DNA of 64,000 bases from Hyphomonas sp. (GTDB taxonomy: Bacteria; Pseudomonadota; Alphaproteobacteria; Caulobacterales; Hyphomonadaceae): contig NZ_OZ260087.1 in assembly GCF_965284475.1 (NCBI RefSeq), positions 2,645,646-2,709,645 on the forward strand, in the 5' to 3' direction. The position numbers and the translations under genes were made by a program. Below are positions 37,401 through 49,300 of this stretch, piece after piece (positions within the stretch are counted from its first letter, which is position 1; the number at the start of each line of letters is the position of its first letter). The notes under the pieces are model-generated. The model worked only from the letters and a program-made list of their open reading frames with translations. It had not been told where the DNA came from and did not search any database.

Positions 37401-38979
37401 CGCGATAGGGCAGCTGGGCGCGCCCGGCATTTGCCGTGCGGCACATGTCTTTTAAAGCTGGTGCGCTGGATTTCGACAGCGCCTCTGCGTGGCGAGATGC
37501 GAGTTCACGCAAGGCTTCCTCAGTGGCTGCTGAGACAGCAATGATCGACGGTTCTTCACAAGCTGGCGATGACGTGTGGCTGTCAGCTTCCTCAAGGACC
37601 ACATGTGCATTCGTTCCGCTGAACCCGAACGAGCTGACCGATGCGATACGCCTTCCATTGATGGCCCCCCATGGCTCAGCCTGCGTTGGAATGCGAACTG
37701 GCAGACTATGCCAGGGTATGTGTGGGCTCGGCGTATTGAGGTGCAGGTGAGGCGGAATGCGCCTCGCAATCAGCATGAGCACCAGCTTGATTACACCGGT
37801 GACGCCGGCAGCTGCTTCGAGATGGCCGATATTGGTTTTCACTGATCCCACAATCAGCGGCGCGGCCCGGTGGGACGCGAAAACATTGCCGATCGCCTGC
37901 ATTTCCTGCGGGTCGCCCAGCGAGGTTCCCGTGCCGTGGGCTTCAAGATAGCCTAGGTCCGAGGTCTCGATCCCGGCATCGGCCAGCGCGGCCCTGATAA
38001 CCGCCTCTTGCGCCGGGCCGTTCGGAGCGGTCAATCCACTGGAGGGACCATCCTGGTTGATCGCACTGCCGCGTATGACCGCAAGCACGCGATCGCCGTC
38101 GGCCTGTGCGTCCACGAGCCGCTTCAGCACAATGACGCCGCAGCCCTCGCCGCGCGCAAAGCCGTCAGCGCTTGCATCGAATGTCTTGCATCGTCCGTCT
38201 GGTGCCAGCATGTGGGCGCGCGACAGTGCAATGAATATTTCCGGGGACAGGATCGTGTTGACTCCGCCCGCCAGCGCCATGCGCGTTTCACCGCGCCGCA
38301 GTGACTGAACAGCCTGATGGACCGCCACAAGTGAGGACGAGCACGCGGTGTCGATCGTGATGCTCGGCCCTTGCAGACCAAGCAGGTAAGATAGGCGACC
38401 GGAGACGATGCTATGCGCTATTCCTGAAGTGAAATGGGCGTCGAGGGCTTCCGGATCCTGTGTCGCAAGCTGCATGTACGCATAGTCGGAGCCAGTGACG
38501 CCACAAAACACGCCCGTCCTGGTGCCCGACAAGCTGTCAGGCGCGAGTCCGGCATTTTCCAGCGCTTCCCATGCGGTTTCGAGGAACAGGCGTTGTTGAG
38601 GGTCCATGCTACGCGCTTCACGCGGCGCAATGCCGAAGAGGTTGGCATCGAACCGGTCAACTTGTTCCAGAAATCCGCCCCTGTTTGTGGCAATGCCTCC
38701 CGGTTGATCAGGGTCAGTCGTATAATATTTGTCATGGTCCCAGCGGTCGGCTGGTATGGGGCGCGTCGCGTCGGTTCCGGAATCTAGAAGCTGCCAGAAG
38801 GCTTCCGGGCGGTCAGCGCCCGGAATACGGCAGCCCTGTCCTATGATCGCGATGGGAGCCCGTGCGGCATCTTCAAGCCTCTTTGCGCGTGCTTCAGCTT
38901 CTTCCAACGCCAAAAACGCCCGTTTGAGCGGCGAAAGCTCCGGAATGTTCGCGTCCTTGGTAGGGAGTTGAGACGTCAT
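31414..38979 (-). CDS. Modular type I PKS 'D': KS-AT(malonyl)-DH-cMT-ER-KR(Tyr>His)-ACP
   Basis: KS DTACSSS/HGTGT/NIGH; AT GHSIG and HAFH; DH DHVVDDDLIVP; MT LEIGGGTGG; ER HAASGGVG; KR TLAD and QSNHSAAN; ACP GLDSL. Confidence 0.92.
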   Translation of the reverse strand: MTSQLPTKDANIPELSPLKRAFLALEEAEARAKRLEDAARAPIAIIGQGCRIPGADRPEAFWQLLDSGTDATRPIPADRWDHDKYYTTDPDQPGGIATNRGGFLEQVDRFDANLFGIAPREARSMDPQQRLFLETAWEALENAGLAPDSLSGTRTGVFCGVTGSDYAYMQLATQDPEALDAHFTSGIAHSIVSGRLSYLLGLQGPSITIDTACSSSLVAVHQAVQSLRRGETRMALAGGVNTILSPEIFIALSRAHMLAPDGRCKTFDASADGFARGEGCGVIVLKRLVDAQADGDRVLAVIRGSAINQDGPSSGLTAPNGPAQEAVIRAALADAGIETSDLGYLEAHGTGTSLGDPQEMQAIGNVFASHRAAPLIVGSVKTNIGHLEAAAGVTGVIKLVLMLIARRIPPHLHLNTPSPHIPWHSLPVRIPTQAEPWGAINGRRIASVSSFGFSGTNAHVVLEEADSHTSSPACEEPSIIAVSAATEEALRELASRHAEALSKSSAPALKDMCRTANAGRAQLPYRAVVSGATHAEMQAGFLQVARDDQLITGPIRSRPKVAFLFTGQGAQFIGMGRELYDRIPVFKAVLDAASERLKDRLEVSLLDVIFGAAEDDSLLDQTRYTQPALFAIEYALYRVWQSWGIEPDLVIGHSIGEYAAACVAGILSFEDGLDVVAERGRLMNTLPAGGGMMSVNAAEGVVLPYLPSAVSVAAVNAPEQTVVAGPVSALSDLASHLESNGIRYRTLPVSHAFHSSMVDPVLDAFEARASQVAFSPPRIRLISNLTGKTADSKTICTPAYWRQHMRDTVRFADGAASLAEHGVQIYVEIGPQPVLTALTRETLEANDFGEGATFLASLRRGRNEWDQIQLTLGSLWQNGLPINWRAVEQARGGNVTDVPTYPFARERHWIAPKAHFQNALKSTGSLFGHAIPTAAADRIWQGEASACSPAWLRDHVVDDDLIVPGAALLSMMAAAGLAASETASRVSLEDVIIEAPLSIPGDGRETKLQTIRHAADGTLSVSRQGTSAGTTWSRHATAMHAASPDVPAVIDIESAFKPTDSQVDAEHFYEDLHERGIVLGPAFKVLSDIHADPECAWARVTIPDDLPTDPTLPVHPLVLDGCLQVAAATHQVQATGRSAFLPFAIDRFSIHSPPGHQVWTRATVRAEGADMLSADITAYADDGSVVMELVGVRLRKLDPVATLTAAGRPLGEALHTMDWVEQSPVPTPQELSTIAEHHADSLAAEANLEAYDRFVQRLEDVCVEFVRNTFGALGWAPSAGERFNAAVLADSLKILPRHYRLFNRLLEILAEAGDLQQVREDWLVVRELKQTQFSELADILRKSAPPAAAPELDIVLRAQSGFAQALVGDCDPLELLFPAGSTEANEALYRDVPTSIYFNGLISEMVAHLVSHGRTIRILEIGGGTGGTTARLVEKLNAEADYTFTDIGQSFVDRAQSRFGHRSGMRFKTIDLERDLIEQGIEAHSIDVVIGANVVHATRNLGETLQRLRNVMSPVGRLVILEVTKPQRWFDLTVGLTPGWWAYEDTHLRYKTPLLTKSAWINLLKEAGLGDVMAIDGDPDVPGCRGSQTILVASASKCSERWLIASSSQSKADAFAEELTIAGQTVSVFHRSSGADSESSLEAFLDQSQPFDEIVIVDDDSVTDVSERFISALSASQAALKASPTSRLTFLTKGGEDVSGTESKLRPASAAIGGLAKSLPLELPELACRRIDLDPDVESHAVIAASLLCQDNETEIAIRGGKRYVARLRPWRPETMEAGHTEPWRLVNAAPGSLDQLQRQPLRRRVPGPGEIEVAVESTGLNFRDVLNALGEYPGAPPLGGECAGRVVAKGTGVEGFETGDAVVALTSGAFASHVTLPAALAAHLPDDFNMLDGSAFAIPFVTADYCLRELGKIAAGDRVLIHAASGGVGMAAVQIARAAGAEIYATAGSPEKRKLVSRLGAKLVMDSRNSKFADEVLEATNGRGVDLVLNALTGDMVDASMRILVKGGRFIELGVRDVRDEETSARQVNAFEYLPVNWGHVADEDPAYIGKILQRVVAEFNAGILTPLPQHNFGPDRITDAFRLMAQAGHVGKIVIGWQDPPRPTIRKSGTYLVTGGLSGIGLDTVRLLAEEGAGRIVATARSTPSSEAETVLDALRKNGALIESHRVDVTDEAAMERLFSSIRKDGPPLRGIIHSAGTLADAGIQQQNAETVRTVMAPKVDGTYILEKLSRSDPIDIFCVYSSLSAVLGSPTQSNHSAANAALGSIMRERNSRGLPGLAIDWGPWSDIGAAAGNNTLARLSEQGISALSPAEGRAASAYLMNTATGQVAVAPVNWRKLSEWRGGPANPVFSDLIRREDSGTTAGPVPGRNHGKNERAGGNPEPVDLHDRIKGAPDDQKRKVLDLFIEDMLRTTFALPAGRRIDPEMPFGEMGLDSLLAIELRNRLGRALGRKLPATLLFESPTINTLGETLIAEFIAAPADVAMAVSPQSAGASALDGLEDLSEEELDLMLGLNAKDEA

Positions 38980-41900
38980 CGTTTGAGGCGCTCCAGCAGC
39001 AGGGCTTCAACCTCTTCGTCTGTCATATTGGTAACGTCCGTGGGAACGATGTCTTCAGTCCGTTGCCTGACGGCAGAACCAGCTTCTGCAGGTTTGGACG
39101 TGCCATTTATTGCGGACAGGAATTGGGACAGGGCGCCAATGGTCGGATAATCGAATACAAGTGACATCGGCAGCCCGCCGTCAATCCCGAGATCGTGGGT
39201 CAGGGCATTTCTGAGTTGAACCGCCATGAGCGAGTCCAGACCAATGTCGCGTAGTCTCTCATCATCGCCAGGTGGGCGGTCCGTCCGGCGGCGAAGCAAC
39301 ATCACGACACGAAGGCGAACGAGTTCACTGATTGCCTTGGCACGTTCGCCCGGCAGCGCATTGGCAATCGCTTCAATCGCTGCGGCAATTTCCGGAGCAG
39401 CTTCGAGACGGGGCGCTTCGATAAACTGGGGTGTTGCGAAGAGTGTGTCAGGCTGGGCGATTGCCGTATCCGAAGGGGCTCTCGCGACAAGCAGGTGCTG
39501 ACCAACCGATTCCGCCGAGGAACCCGGTCTCGGCCAGCTCTCAACAGCGCTGAAGCCTGCGTCCAGCAGCGCACCTTGCCACTTGGTGGCGTCCATGAGT
39601 GCGAGGTCGTCACGCAGGTCGTCCTCTGCATGGCGCCAGCCCTCAATGAGACCAGTGGTCACGTCGAACCAAGCGAAATGCGTCGTCGACTCGATGAGCA
39701 ACAACACGCCAGACGGGCGTAGGAGACTGCGAAGATAGGCCAGTGTATCCGGCAGGTTGCGTACGGCATGAACGGCGTTTGAGGCGAGGACAATATCGAA
39801 GCTGGCCGGTTGAAACCCCTGCTCGCTGGGCGAAGTCTCAAGGTCAAACCGCGCATAGCTGACGCGGTCATGATCGGCGAACCGTTCTTTTGCACGATCC
39901 AGGAATAGATCGGAAACATCCGTGAACGTGTAATTGCCCTGGGCGCCGTCGAGCACATCAAGGACAGCTGCTGTCGTGCCTCCAGTTCCTGCTCCCGCTT
40001 CCAGAATGGCGAGGTTTGGCTTTGTCGCTGCGAGTGCCTCGAAGGCTGCGGCGGCAAGGTCATTCATGTAACGCATGGTTGAGGATCGCTCGTACAGTCC
40101 AAGTGCAAGCGAAAAGTCGCCGCCGGGAAACAGTGTCTCCAGCGGACTGGCCTCGCCCCGCAGGACAGGACCGAGAAGGTTTGCGCAGTGAAGCACGTAA
40201 TCACAAAGCGGTACGTTATCGCTAAGCATAGTTTTGACGTGGGTCATGGCAGACGGAAGGTCCGGGTTCGCAAGCTTGCGCGGCGCGGTTATCCGATCAT
40301 TCTCGATGTCGAGATCATCGCTATCAGCCAGGGCATGAAGCCAGCGACCTACAAGCGGAACCAGTTCTGCGGTCACGCGCATTTGCCTGGATACGTCGGC
40401 AAAGGTTCGCTGTTCTCCATCTTCTGTAAACAGATTATTATCTCGAAGCAGGGAAATTACGAGTGCGCGGCGGAGATCGCCAAGAGCTTGCCATTTCTCT
40501 GGATAGGCTGCCGCGTCGAATCCAAGGGGGCCGCGCTCAGATTGCCTGTCCAGGCGAGCGGAAAGTCTTTTCCAGTGAGTGTCCGTTTGCCACACGCCTG
40601 ACGCTCCGGGTTGCGGTGCGCTTGGGTGCCAGTGCCGGGTGCGCTCAAAGGGATAGGTCGGTAGCGGAACGCGGCGGTTGTTGCGGTTTCTCGAAAGGGA
40701 AGCCGGATCCACGTTAGCGCCATCAACGTAGAGGCGCGCCAGGCTCGTTGCAATCTCGAGACCAGGCTCGCCATTTCGGCGTAGGGATGCCAGAAACGCC
40801 GCCCTGTTGGATGACCCCGTTCGTTCGTCTGATTCCATTGCCATGGCAGAAAGTACCGGGTGCGGACCAATTTCAACAAAGTGCGTAATGCCGAATTCAC
40901 GCAAGCTCTGAATTCCGTCGGCGAAGCGAACGGGTTGGCGGAGGTGATTGACCCAGTGGTCAGGTGTTTCCATGGCACTGGAGTCCGCAAACTCTCCCGT
41001 GAGATTTGATACGATGGGGATTGAACCCTTCTGGAAGTGGACTTTTTCAGCAGCGGCCTTGAAGCGGTCCAGAACCGGATCGACAAGAGCGCAGTGCGCA
41101 GCAAATGCAATCCTCAGAGGTTCGGCACGGATTCCCATAGTAGTGAACTGCGAGATAAGGGGTTCCAGTTCATCCGAATGGCCGCTCAGGACATGATTGT
41201 TCGGGCCATTATAGGCTGCAATCTCAACCGATTGCGTGCCTTCGGTGAGAGGCAGGATCGTGTCGGCGCTGGAGAACACGCTGGCCATCATCCCGCCACT
41301 GGCTGCCTCGGCCGACAGTCGACCACGCTCGGCGACAAGTGAAAGTGCATCCTGAAGCGGCAGAATGCCGGCGATTGTTGCCGCGACAAACTCTCCAAGG
41401 CTGTGCCCGCACAAGGCGTCAGGTATGACACCAAATGACATCCAGAGTCTCGCCAGTGCATATTCCAAGGCAAACAATGCCGGCTGCGCAACGCTCGGAT
41501 CGATCACGCGTGTGTCGTCCTGGTCGGCATGCAAAACGGCCAGCAATCCCCCGGGGACAGCGTCTCCAAGCAGGTCATTGCATTGATCGATTGCATCCCT
41601 GTAAACCGGCTGCGTGTCGTAGAGCGCGCGCCCCATTCCTGGGTGTTGTGCCCCCTGACCCGTGAAGAGAAAAGCCACTTTCGGTCGGTTGCCGGGAATT
41701 GCACGTCCTGACACAAGGCCGGGATGGCATTGACCACTCGCTGCGCTTTGCAGTGCTGCCGAAAGTTCGGCCTTGTCCCGGACTGCTACGGCGAAGCGAT
41801 ACTGAAAATGGGCCCTGCCTTCCGCTGCCGTAAAGCACAGGTCTGTCAGCGGGTCGTTACGCTCAGCGAGTACCGTGGCCGTCCGAGCGGCGAGTTCCGA

Positions 41901-43337
41901 CGCGGCTTCGGGCGTTCGTGCAGACAGAGGGAAAACCTGGCAGGGCAGGGACGTGTCGACCGCCTTCGGATCTTTATACTGAGCCTGTTCCAGCACCAGG
42001 TGGGCGTTGGTGCCGCTAAACCCGAATGAGCTCACTCCGGCTCGTCGTGGCCCTTCGTTGACTGGCCAGGGCTGGGGATCAACCGGTACGGTCACGGAAC
42101 TGGATGGCCATTCGATGTGATCGTTGGGCGTCTTGAAATTCAGGTGCGCAGGTATTCGTCCGCTCTGCAGTGCGACGATGCACTTCAGGACACCGACGGC
42201 TCCAGCAGCAGACTCAAGGTGCCCGAGGTTGGTTTTGACGGATCCGACGAACATCGCCGGCGCGCCGCTATCGTCCCGGCTGTAAGCGCTCGCAAGCGCA
42301 TTCATCTCGATTGGGTCGCCCAGCGGTGTGCCGGTGCCGTGCGCTTCGACATATCCAACTGTGTGCGCATTCACGCGGGCATCGTTCAGGGCCGACTTTA
42401 TGACGGCCTCCTGAGCGGGACCATTGGGTGCGGTCAGGCCGTTGCTGCGGCCATCCTGGTTGATGGCGCTGCCTCGAATAATGGCCAGAATATTGTCGCC
42501 GTCTGCTTGCGCATCCTCCAGCCGCCGAAGGACGAACAGGACGCATCCCTCGCCACGGACATATCCGTCAGCATCAGCGTCGAACGTCTTGCAAAGCCCA
42601 TCACTCGCCAACATGCTCGCGCGCGAAAAGTTCACATGAACTTCGGGAGAAAGGATGAGGTTGGCGCCGCCTGCCAGGGCAATGTCGCATTCTCCGGACT
42701 TGAGCGCGTGACAGGCGAGATGCATCGCAACCAGTGAAGATGAGCATGCGGTGTCCAGTGTGATCGCAGGGCCCTTGGCGCCGAGGAAGTAAGCCAGTCG
42801 CCCGCTCGCCACGGAGAACGCCGAGCCTGACGTGAAATAGGGATCGATGGCTGGCAGGTCGCGCAACAGGCTGCGCCCGTAGTCACTGTTGGCCATGCCA
42901 AGAAAGATTCCCAGTGACTTTTCCGAAAAACTGTCCGGCGCGTGTCCCGAATGCTCGAGCGCCTCCCAGCCTGTTTCCAGTACCAGTCTTTGCTGCGGAT
43001 CCATGCTGGCGGCTTCAGTGCCGGATATGCCGAAAAATTCCGGGTCAAACATATCGACTTGATCAAGAAATGCGCCATACCTCGCCGATTTTGGAAGATC
43101 CGCAGGGGCATCTTCCGGGCGCCACCGGCTTGCAGGCACTTCCGTTATGACATGCCGGGCCTCATCAAGGAGCGCCTCAAATCCCGCCAGACTGGAAATG
43201 CCGCCGGGCAATCGCAAACCTGTTCCGACGATTGCAATCGGCCCGGAATAGCTGCCCGCCTCCTTCGCCTCAAGGTCCCTGCGGAGACGCCGTATTTCGA
43301 GCAGCGCTTGTTTGATTTGCTCAGATGCAGACGTCAT
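38976..43337 (-). CDS. Modular type I PKS 'C': KS-AT(FAAH)-cMT-ACP (no reductive domains)
   Basis: KS DTACSSS/HGTGT/NLGH; AT GHSLG and FAAH; [18 protein letters not shown] and SNAVHA; ACP GLDSL. No KR Rossmann motif is present. Confidence 0.92.
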   Translation of the reverse strand: MTSASEQIKQALLEIRRLRRDLEAKEAGSYSGPIAIVGTGLRLPGGISSLAGFEALLDEARHVITEVPASRWRPEDAPADLPKSARYGAFLDQVDMFDPEFFGISGTEAASMDPQQRLVLETGWEALEHSGHAPDSFSEKSLGIFLGMANSDYGRSLLRDLPAIDPYFTSGSAFSVASGRLAYFLGAKGPAITLDTACSSSLVAMHLACHALKSGECDIALAGGANLILSPEVHVNFSRASMLASDGLCKTFDADADGYVRGEGCVLFVLRRLEDAQADGDNILAIIRGSAINQDGRSNGLTAPNGPAQEAVIKSALNDARVNAHTVGYVEAHGTGTPLGDPIEMNALASAYSRDDSGAPAMFVGSVKTNLGHLESAAGAVGVLKCIVALQSGRIPAHLNFKTPNDHIEWPSSSVTVPVDPQPWPVNEGPRRAGVSSFGFSGTNAHLVLEQAQYKDPKAVDTSLPCQVFPLSARTPEAASELAARTATVLAERNDPLTDLCFTAAEGRAHFQYRFAVAVRDKAELSAALQSAASGQCHPGLVSGRAIPGNRPKVAFLFTGQGAQHPGMGRALYDTQPVYRDAIDQCNDLLGDAVPGGLLAVLHADQDDTRVIDPSVAQPALFALEYALARLWMSFGVIPDALCGHSLGEFVAATIAGILPLQDALSLVAERGRLSAEAASGGMMASVFSSADTILPLTEGTQSVEIAAYNGPNNHVLSGHSDELEPLISQFTTMGIRAEPLRIAFAAHCALVDPVLDRFKAAAEKVHFQKGSIPIVSNLTGEFADSSAMETPDHWVNHLRQPVRFADGIQSLREFGITHFVEIGPHPVLSAMAMESDERTGSSNRAAFLASLRRNGEPGLEIATSLARLYVDGANVDPASLSRNRNNRRVPLPTYPFERTRHWHPSAPQPGASGVWQTDTHWKRLSARLDRQSERGPLGFDAAAYPEKWQALGDLRRALVISLLRDNNLFTEDGEQRTFADVSRQMRVTAELVPLVGRWLHALADSDDLDIENDRITAPRKLANPDLPSAMTHVKTMLSDNVPLCDYVLHCANLLGPVLRGEASPLETLFPGGDFSLALGLYERSSTMRYMNDLAAAAFEALAATKPNLAILEAGAGTGGTTAAVLDVLDGAQGNYTFTDVSDLFLDRAKERFADHDRVSYARFDLETSPSEQGFQPASFDIVLASNAVHAVRNLPDTLAYLRSLLRPSGVLLLIESTTHFAWFDVTTGLIEGWRHAEDDLRDDLALMDATKWQGALLDAGFSAVESWPRPGSSAESVGQHLLVARAPSDTAIAQPDTLFATPQFIEAPRLEAAPEIAAAIEAIANALPGERAKAISELVRLRVVMLLRRRTDRPPGDDERLRDIGLDSLMAVQLRNALTHDLGIDGGLPMSLVFDYPTIGALSQFLSAINGTSKPAEAGSAVRQRTEDIVPTDVTNMTDEEVEALLLERLKR

Positions 43338-46300
43338 GACTGCGGCTCCCGTTTCGCATCCCGGCTGATTCCGGAGGCGGCCAGTTCCTCCTCCAGTAGG
43401 GCGGCGAGTTCCTGATCAGACAAATTGTCGAGATCATCCGCGTCACGCATTGAAACCGTTGATGTTTCGGGCTTGGCCGGAGATAGGGCGCGATCCAGAT
43501 GCTCAACCAGGCGATTGAGGGTCGGAAAATCGAACAGCAAAGTCGCGTTTAGCCGCAGGCCAATTCCACGTGCTAATTCATTGCGCATTTCGACGGCCAT
43601 CAGCGAATCCAGACCGATGTCTTTTAGGGGTTTGTCGGGATCAATATTCATGTCGGTTTGAATTCCGATAATGTGTCTGGCGGCCGTCTCAACGCAGTCC
43701 CGAAGTTTGGCGCGGCGTTCGGCTGGTGACGCGATCTTCAGTTTTTCGCCTAGAGTCTGTTCCTGCGCTCTGACTGGTTCGCGTCCCGTTAACGTGGGTC
43801 CTTTCATGAACTCGGAAAAAGGACGCACATCCAGCGCTTCCGGTGCGGTCGCAGCAAACCTGCGCCAGTCAATTACCATTGCCATGGCATTTGGCATTCC
43901 CGACCGGAGCATCTGCTCAAGCTGCGGGAAACCAATCTCAGGTGTGATGTTCCCGAGCCCCCTCTGAGCCCAGACATCGCGTCCATTTGCAGCAAGCTCT
44001 GCAAGCATGCCTGCACCGCTCCAGGAACCCCAGGCGATACTCGAAGCCGGATATCCAGCGTGCCTGCGTCTTGCGGCAAGCGCGTCAAGCGCTGTGTTTG
44101 CGGCCGCATAAAGCGATTGACCCGGTGCACCGAGCGTCGTGCCTGCCGCTGAATAGCAAACGAAGAAGTCCAGCGGTAGATCGCGCGTAAGCTGATCCAG
44201 CGATTCGGCGCCTGCGAGCTTGCCACGAAACACCGCTTCCACATCTTCACGCTGGCGGGTCAGCACCGGGCCGTCACGCAAAGCGCCGGCTGCATGAATG
44301 ATCCCGCGCAAAGGCGGCATCGTATCCTTGATCACCGCAAGCGCCTTCACGTTGGATGCATGATCGCCTGCATCACACGTGAGCACATGGACTCTTGCGC
44401 CAGTTTTCTCGATCCCGGCAATCGCGGCCTTGGCGGATTCGCTCGCAGCGTGACGTCCGCTCAGCACAATATGTTGCGCGCCGCTGTCAGTGAGCCACCG
44501 TGCCGTATAAAGACCAAGACCGCCCAGCCCCCCGGTGATCCAGTAGCTCGCATTGCCCCGGACAGTAGAAGTCAGCCTTGGTGGTACGCGGAGGACGACT
44601 TTCCCGACATGCTTGGCAGACGCCATGAAACGCATGGCTTCCTCAGTCTGCTCAATGCCGAAGACACGCGTCGGCAGGGGCGAAAATTTCTTGTCCGCTA
44701 TCCCGGTCAGGACAATATCGAGCACAGGCTTAAGGCGGGCCGGTTCGGCCTCGATGATTTGCCCAAGGTCGTACACGCAATAGCTTGCAGCGGGCCGGAT
44801 GGCTGAAAACTCATCTTGGCTGAGAAGATTCCGTTTGCCGAGTTCAAGAAAGCGCCCATTAGCCGAAAGTGATCGAACACTCGCCAGTATGAAATCGCCG
44901 GCCAGAGAGTTGAGCACGACATCGACGCCTTCGCCCTGCGTCGCGTCCAGAACCTGTTTCTCGAAATCGAGTGCGCGGGAATCAAAGACGTGATTGACGC
45001 CCAGGCTCCGCAGCATGTCACGCTTGCGCTCTGATCCAGCGGTCGTGAAGACTTCTGCCCCTCGGGCAAGTGCAATCTGGACCGCTGCGAGCCCGACACC
45101 ACCAGCACCGGCATGTATCAGCACGCGCTCGCCCGCTTTCAGTCGCGCAATGCTGTCCAGCCCATAAAGCGCCGTTCCAAATGCGACTGTCAGGCCAGCT
45201 GCATCTTCATCCGTAATTTGATCAGGTATCAGCGTCATCCATTCCGCCGGAACGATGACTTCCTCGGAAAACGCACCGGGAGCATAGCCAAAAACACGGT
45301 CGCCTGCTTTGAATGCTGTCACCTCCGGGGAAACTTCAATAACTTCACCGGCGCATTCCACGCCGAGCGGTGGCAAAGTGCCATCCAGCATTCCAAGCGT
45401 GCTGAGGACGTCACGGAAGTTCAGGCCAGCATGTCGGACCGCGACGCGAACCTGGCCTTTCGAGAGTTTGTTCCGCTCCAGCGTTTCCATCGTGAGGCCA
45501 TCAATGCCAGCAGAATCCCGGCGTCGGACAGCCCGATAGCTAGAAGTGCCTGCGAGGCGCGCCGGTGTAATATGCGGAGACAGCCAGTCCTCGCCCCTCA
45601 ATGCCAATTTTGTGGGCCCTTTGCGCCCGAGCTGTGCAGACAGGGCTGCGGCAATCTCATTCGCTGAAGACATATCTGCTGCCGGATCGAGATCGATACC
45701 GCGAATGGCCATTTCGGGATGCTCAAGCGATGCTGTCGCAGCGAATCCCTGAATTGCCGCTCCCTGTACCGATGGCGCTGATGCGTCGCCATCAGTTGTG
45801 AAAGCACCGCGTGTGACAACAGCGAAGCTCGCCGAAGGTGCATGGGCTGCGATTGCCTGGACATGTTCCAGTGTCGTGATCACAGCCTCGGCAGGGCCAG
45901 CCCCGTCTGCCAGCCCTGTCAGATCGATGATTTGCCGTGGCTCGGGAGCTGCAGAGAGCCAGTTGAGGGCTGCGCTCAGTTCCCCTTCATCAGCTTTCAG
46001 GCCGAGTACACGCACGTCATCCGTGATCGCTTTCAAGGCGTCAGTCAGCTCTTCGCCCTGCTTGTCGCCAGACATGACAAGCCATGATTGCACGGGAGCG
46101 ACTGGCGAGTGCGCTTCACGCGCCTCTGCCTGCCACCGGGTCGCATAGAGCTGTACCGGGGCTGCAATACCTGCGGCCAACGTGGCTTGCGTAGCTTTTG
46201 CGAAGCGCAGGCCTGTAATTTCTGCAATAAGCAATCCGGCGGGATCGCGATAGCTGATGTCCGCGATAAGCGTGCCATTGCAGCCGTTTGCAATGAGCCG

Positions 46301-49300
46301 CACTTCGGCGTCGAGGCTATGCGATGCTGACGGATTGAGCGTTCTGAATGACTTCACCGCAACCGGAAGCCAGGTCGTTGCGGCATCTCCGGCGGCGGCA
46401 ATGACGCAAAGTTGTACGCCCGCGTCCAGAGCCGCTGGATGAACAAGGTGGGCGGACCCGGTCAGCGCCTCTGGCAATGTTACCCGCCCGGTAGCTGCAG
46501 CTGGCGCAATCTTGACGTCTGAGAGCAGCTGGAATGATGCGCCGAAATCAGCACCGATTGTGCGGAAACGCGAAATCACTGCCGAATCTGTAACGGTCGT
46601 CTTGCTATCGTTGAAGGCTTTATCGTCTGTCAGGAACTGGCTGTCGGGTTCGTATGGTCGAGCTGGAGCAAGGTCTGCCGAGACGCTGGCCTCAGCAATC
46701 GCCCTGCCTTCGGAAGTGCCGACATCATCATCCAGCAAGTTGAGCTTCAGTACCCAGACGTTTTTGCGGAGCTGTGCGACAACCTGCCAACGCGATTGGA
46801 GCTCGCCAGGTCCGCCTAGCGGTAGCGGCGCCAACTGGGTGAAATCATCAAGCCGCGCCGTCTGGCCGCCGATAGCCCGCGCAGCGGCGGCCAGCAGTTC
46901 CATGACTGCTGTCGCCGGTGCAATGGCCTGACCAAAAATCCGGTGCTCAAGCAACCAGCCCAAACTCGCTGTCTGGCCACCTTCGTAAACGACAAGGTCG
47001 TCGGCCGTGATGTTCAGGCGGTAACCCAGCAAAGGGTGACCGGAATCGATGCCGGCCTGTTGTAGCACCGACGTATTCACGTCCCGCCAGTGCCGTTGAC
47101 GCTGCCATGGGTAATTGGGGAGAGAGACAACGCGTCCGCCTGAAGGCTGCAGGGCGGACCATTTCGGAGAATATCCGGTTTCGAATAGCTTCGCTGCACA
47201 TTCGGCTATCACCTCCCGGTCGAGCCGGCCGCGTCGCAAGGTCGGAACGATTGGCCGGTCCGGTGCTCCGGCCTGGTCCATGCTCGCTGCAATCGAAGCA
47301 GACAGGACAGGGTGCGGGCCGATCTCGACATAAACAGTCCGCTCGTCGCCTGCTGTTGCTTGCATCGCCTTGGCAAAAAGAACTGGCGCGCGAATGCCGC
47401 GTGCAAAGTGCGCCGCGTCGACCTGCTCGACAGGCTTGCCCGTGACGGTGGAGATGGCACGTATGCCGGTTGCCGGATGTGAGGTCACCGCGCGAACAGT
47501 TTCAACCAGGCGCTTCTCAAACGGCGACATCTGTTCGCTGTGAAATGCGTAGCGTACGGGTAGGCGGTGCAGTCCAATGCCTTGCGTCTTGAGCGTATCC
47601 AGCAGCGCGTCCAGAGCAGCGGATTCTCCGGATATCACCGTCTCCCCCGGCGCATTAATTGCGGCGATGCTGAGCGCCTTGCCGAACGGGGCAATCGCTT
47701 CCGCCGCCGCCGCAGAATCCACCAACACCGAAGCCATGGCACCTGTACCGTCAGCGGCCTGCATGATCTCGCCTCTATGACAGGCGATACGGATAGCATC
47801 CTCGAGAGACACGATACCGGCTGATTGCAGGGCTGCGATTTCGCCCACGCTATGGCCGATGACGGTGTCGGGTTCCAGGTTCCAGGATTTCAGCAAAGCG
47901 ACCAGCCCGGTTTGCAATGCGGTCAGCGCCGGCTGTGCAATCGCAGTCTCCTGCAATCGGCTATCGACGTCCTCCCGCGCGAGTTCTTCCAGGAGTGACC
48001 ACCCAGCATATTGCCGAATCAGCCCGTCACATGTCTCAAGGTGCTTGGCAAAAACGGGCTCGCAGGCGGCCAGCGACATGCCCATGCGTGCCGTTTGGGG
48101 GCCCTGACCACAGAACACAAAGCAAATCTGTGGGCAGGGCGCTTCAATGGCTTTTGCGCTACGCTCTGCCAATTTCTGGGCGAGGGCGGTCCGGCTCGTC
48201 GCCGACACGGCGATGCGATGCGCATGATGCGACCGCTTCTCTGCCGCTGTGTGGCAGAGATCCGTCAGGGAAGGAGAGGGGGAGGCGAGTACGCCCTGCC
48301 AGTCTGCCGCGCTTTGCAGCAACCCTTCCGGTGTGCGTGCCGAAAGCGGCAACGTCCAGATGTCACTGTCTCGTGCATCAGATTTTGGAGCATCGACTTT
48401 TGGCCCGGCCTCAAGGATGACATGCGCGTTCGTGCCCCCGACGCCAAACGAGCTGACACCGGCGAGAGGCGTGCCGATTGACCTGGGTAATGGCTGCCGC
48501 CTGGTCGCGATTTCAAAACGCGTCCGGTCCAGGTTAATGTGCGGGTTCAGCTTCTTGAAACCGGGCTGTGCTGGCACTTCACCCTTGTTCAGGACCAGTG
48601 CCGCCTTGATGATGCCAGCCACGCCGGCTGCCGCCTCAAGATGCCCGATATTGGCCTTTACGCCGCCCAAGAGGCAGGTCGGGCGGTCAGCCGCTTTTGC
48701 GCCAATTGTTTCAGTCAGCGCATCTACTTCGATCGGGTCACCCAGGATCGTACCGGTGCCGTGGGTTTCGACGTAGACAATATCATCTGCGTCAACCCGC
48801 GAGGTTGCGACAGCTTCGCGCACCAGGGCTGCCTGGGCCTGCACATTGGGAGCGGCAAGCAAAGTCGACTCCCCGTCCTGGTTCACAACCGAACCACGAA
48901 TCACAGACCATATACGGTCGCCGTCCGCCAAGGCGTCGGACAGGCGCTTCAGGGCAATCACCCCGCACCCTTCGCCCCGCCCGAAACCATCGGCGCTCGC
49001 GTCGAATGTCTTGCACAGGCCATCAGGCGCCAGAAATCCGAGCCGCGACATGCTGACCATCAGTTCCGGTGCAAGGATGGCCGAGACCCCGCCTGCCAGA
49101 GCCACATTGCTCTCGCCGGTGCGGAGACTTTGGCAGGCCAGGTGCACGGCAACGAGCGAAGACGAGCACGCAGTGTCGATGGAAACGCTCGGACCGCGAA
49201 GATCGAAAATGTATGACAGCCGGTTCGCCAACACGCTGTGTAGCGTGCCCGTCAGGGTTCGCTGGTCCATGGCGGCGGGGTCGCGGTAGAGCATCTGTGC

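Noticed and set aside
26650-40500. Reading the three MT domains as O-methyltransferases (beta-methoxyacrylate type)
   Set aside because: Their LE(I/A)G(G/A)GTGG and FTD(V/I)(S/G) signatures and long N-terminal subdomain match PKS C-MTs, not the LDFGCG-type O-MTs. A phylogeny would confirm this.
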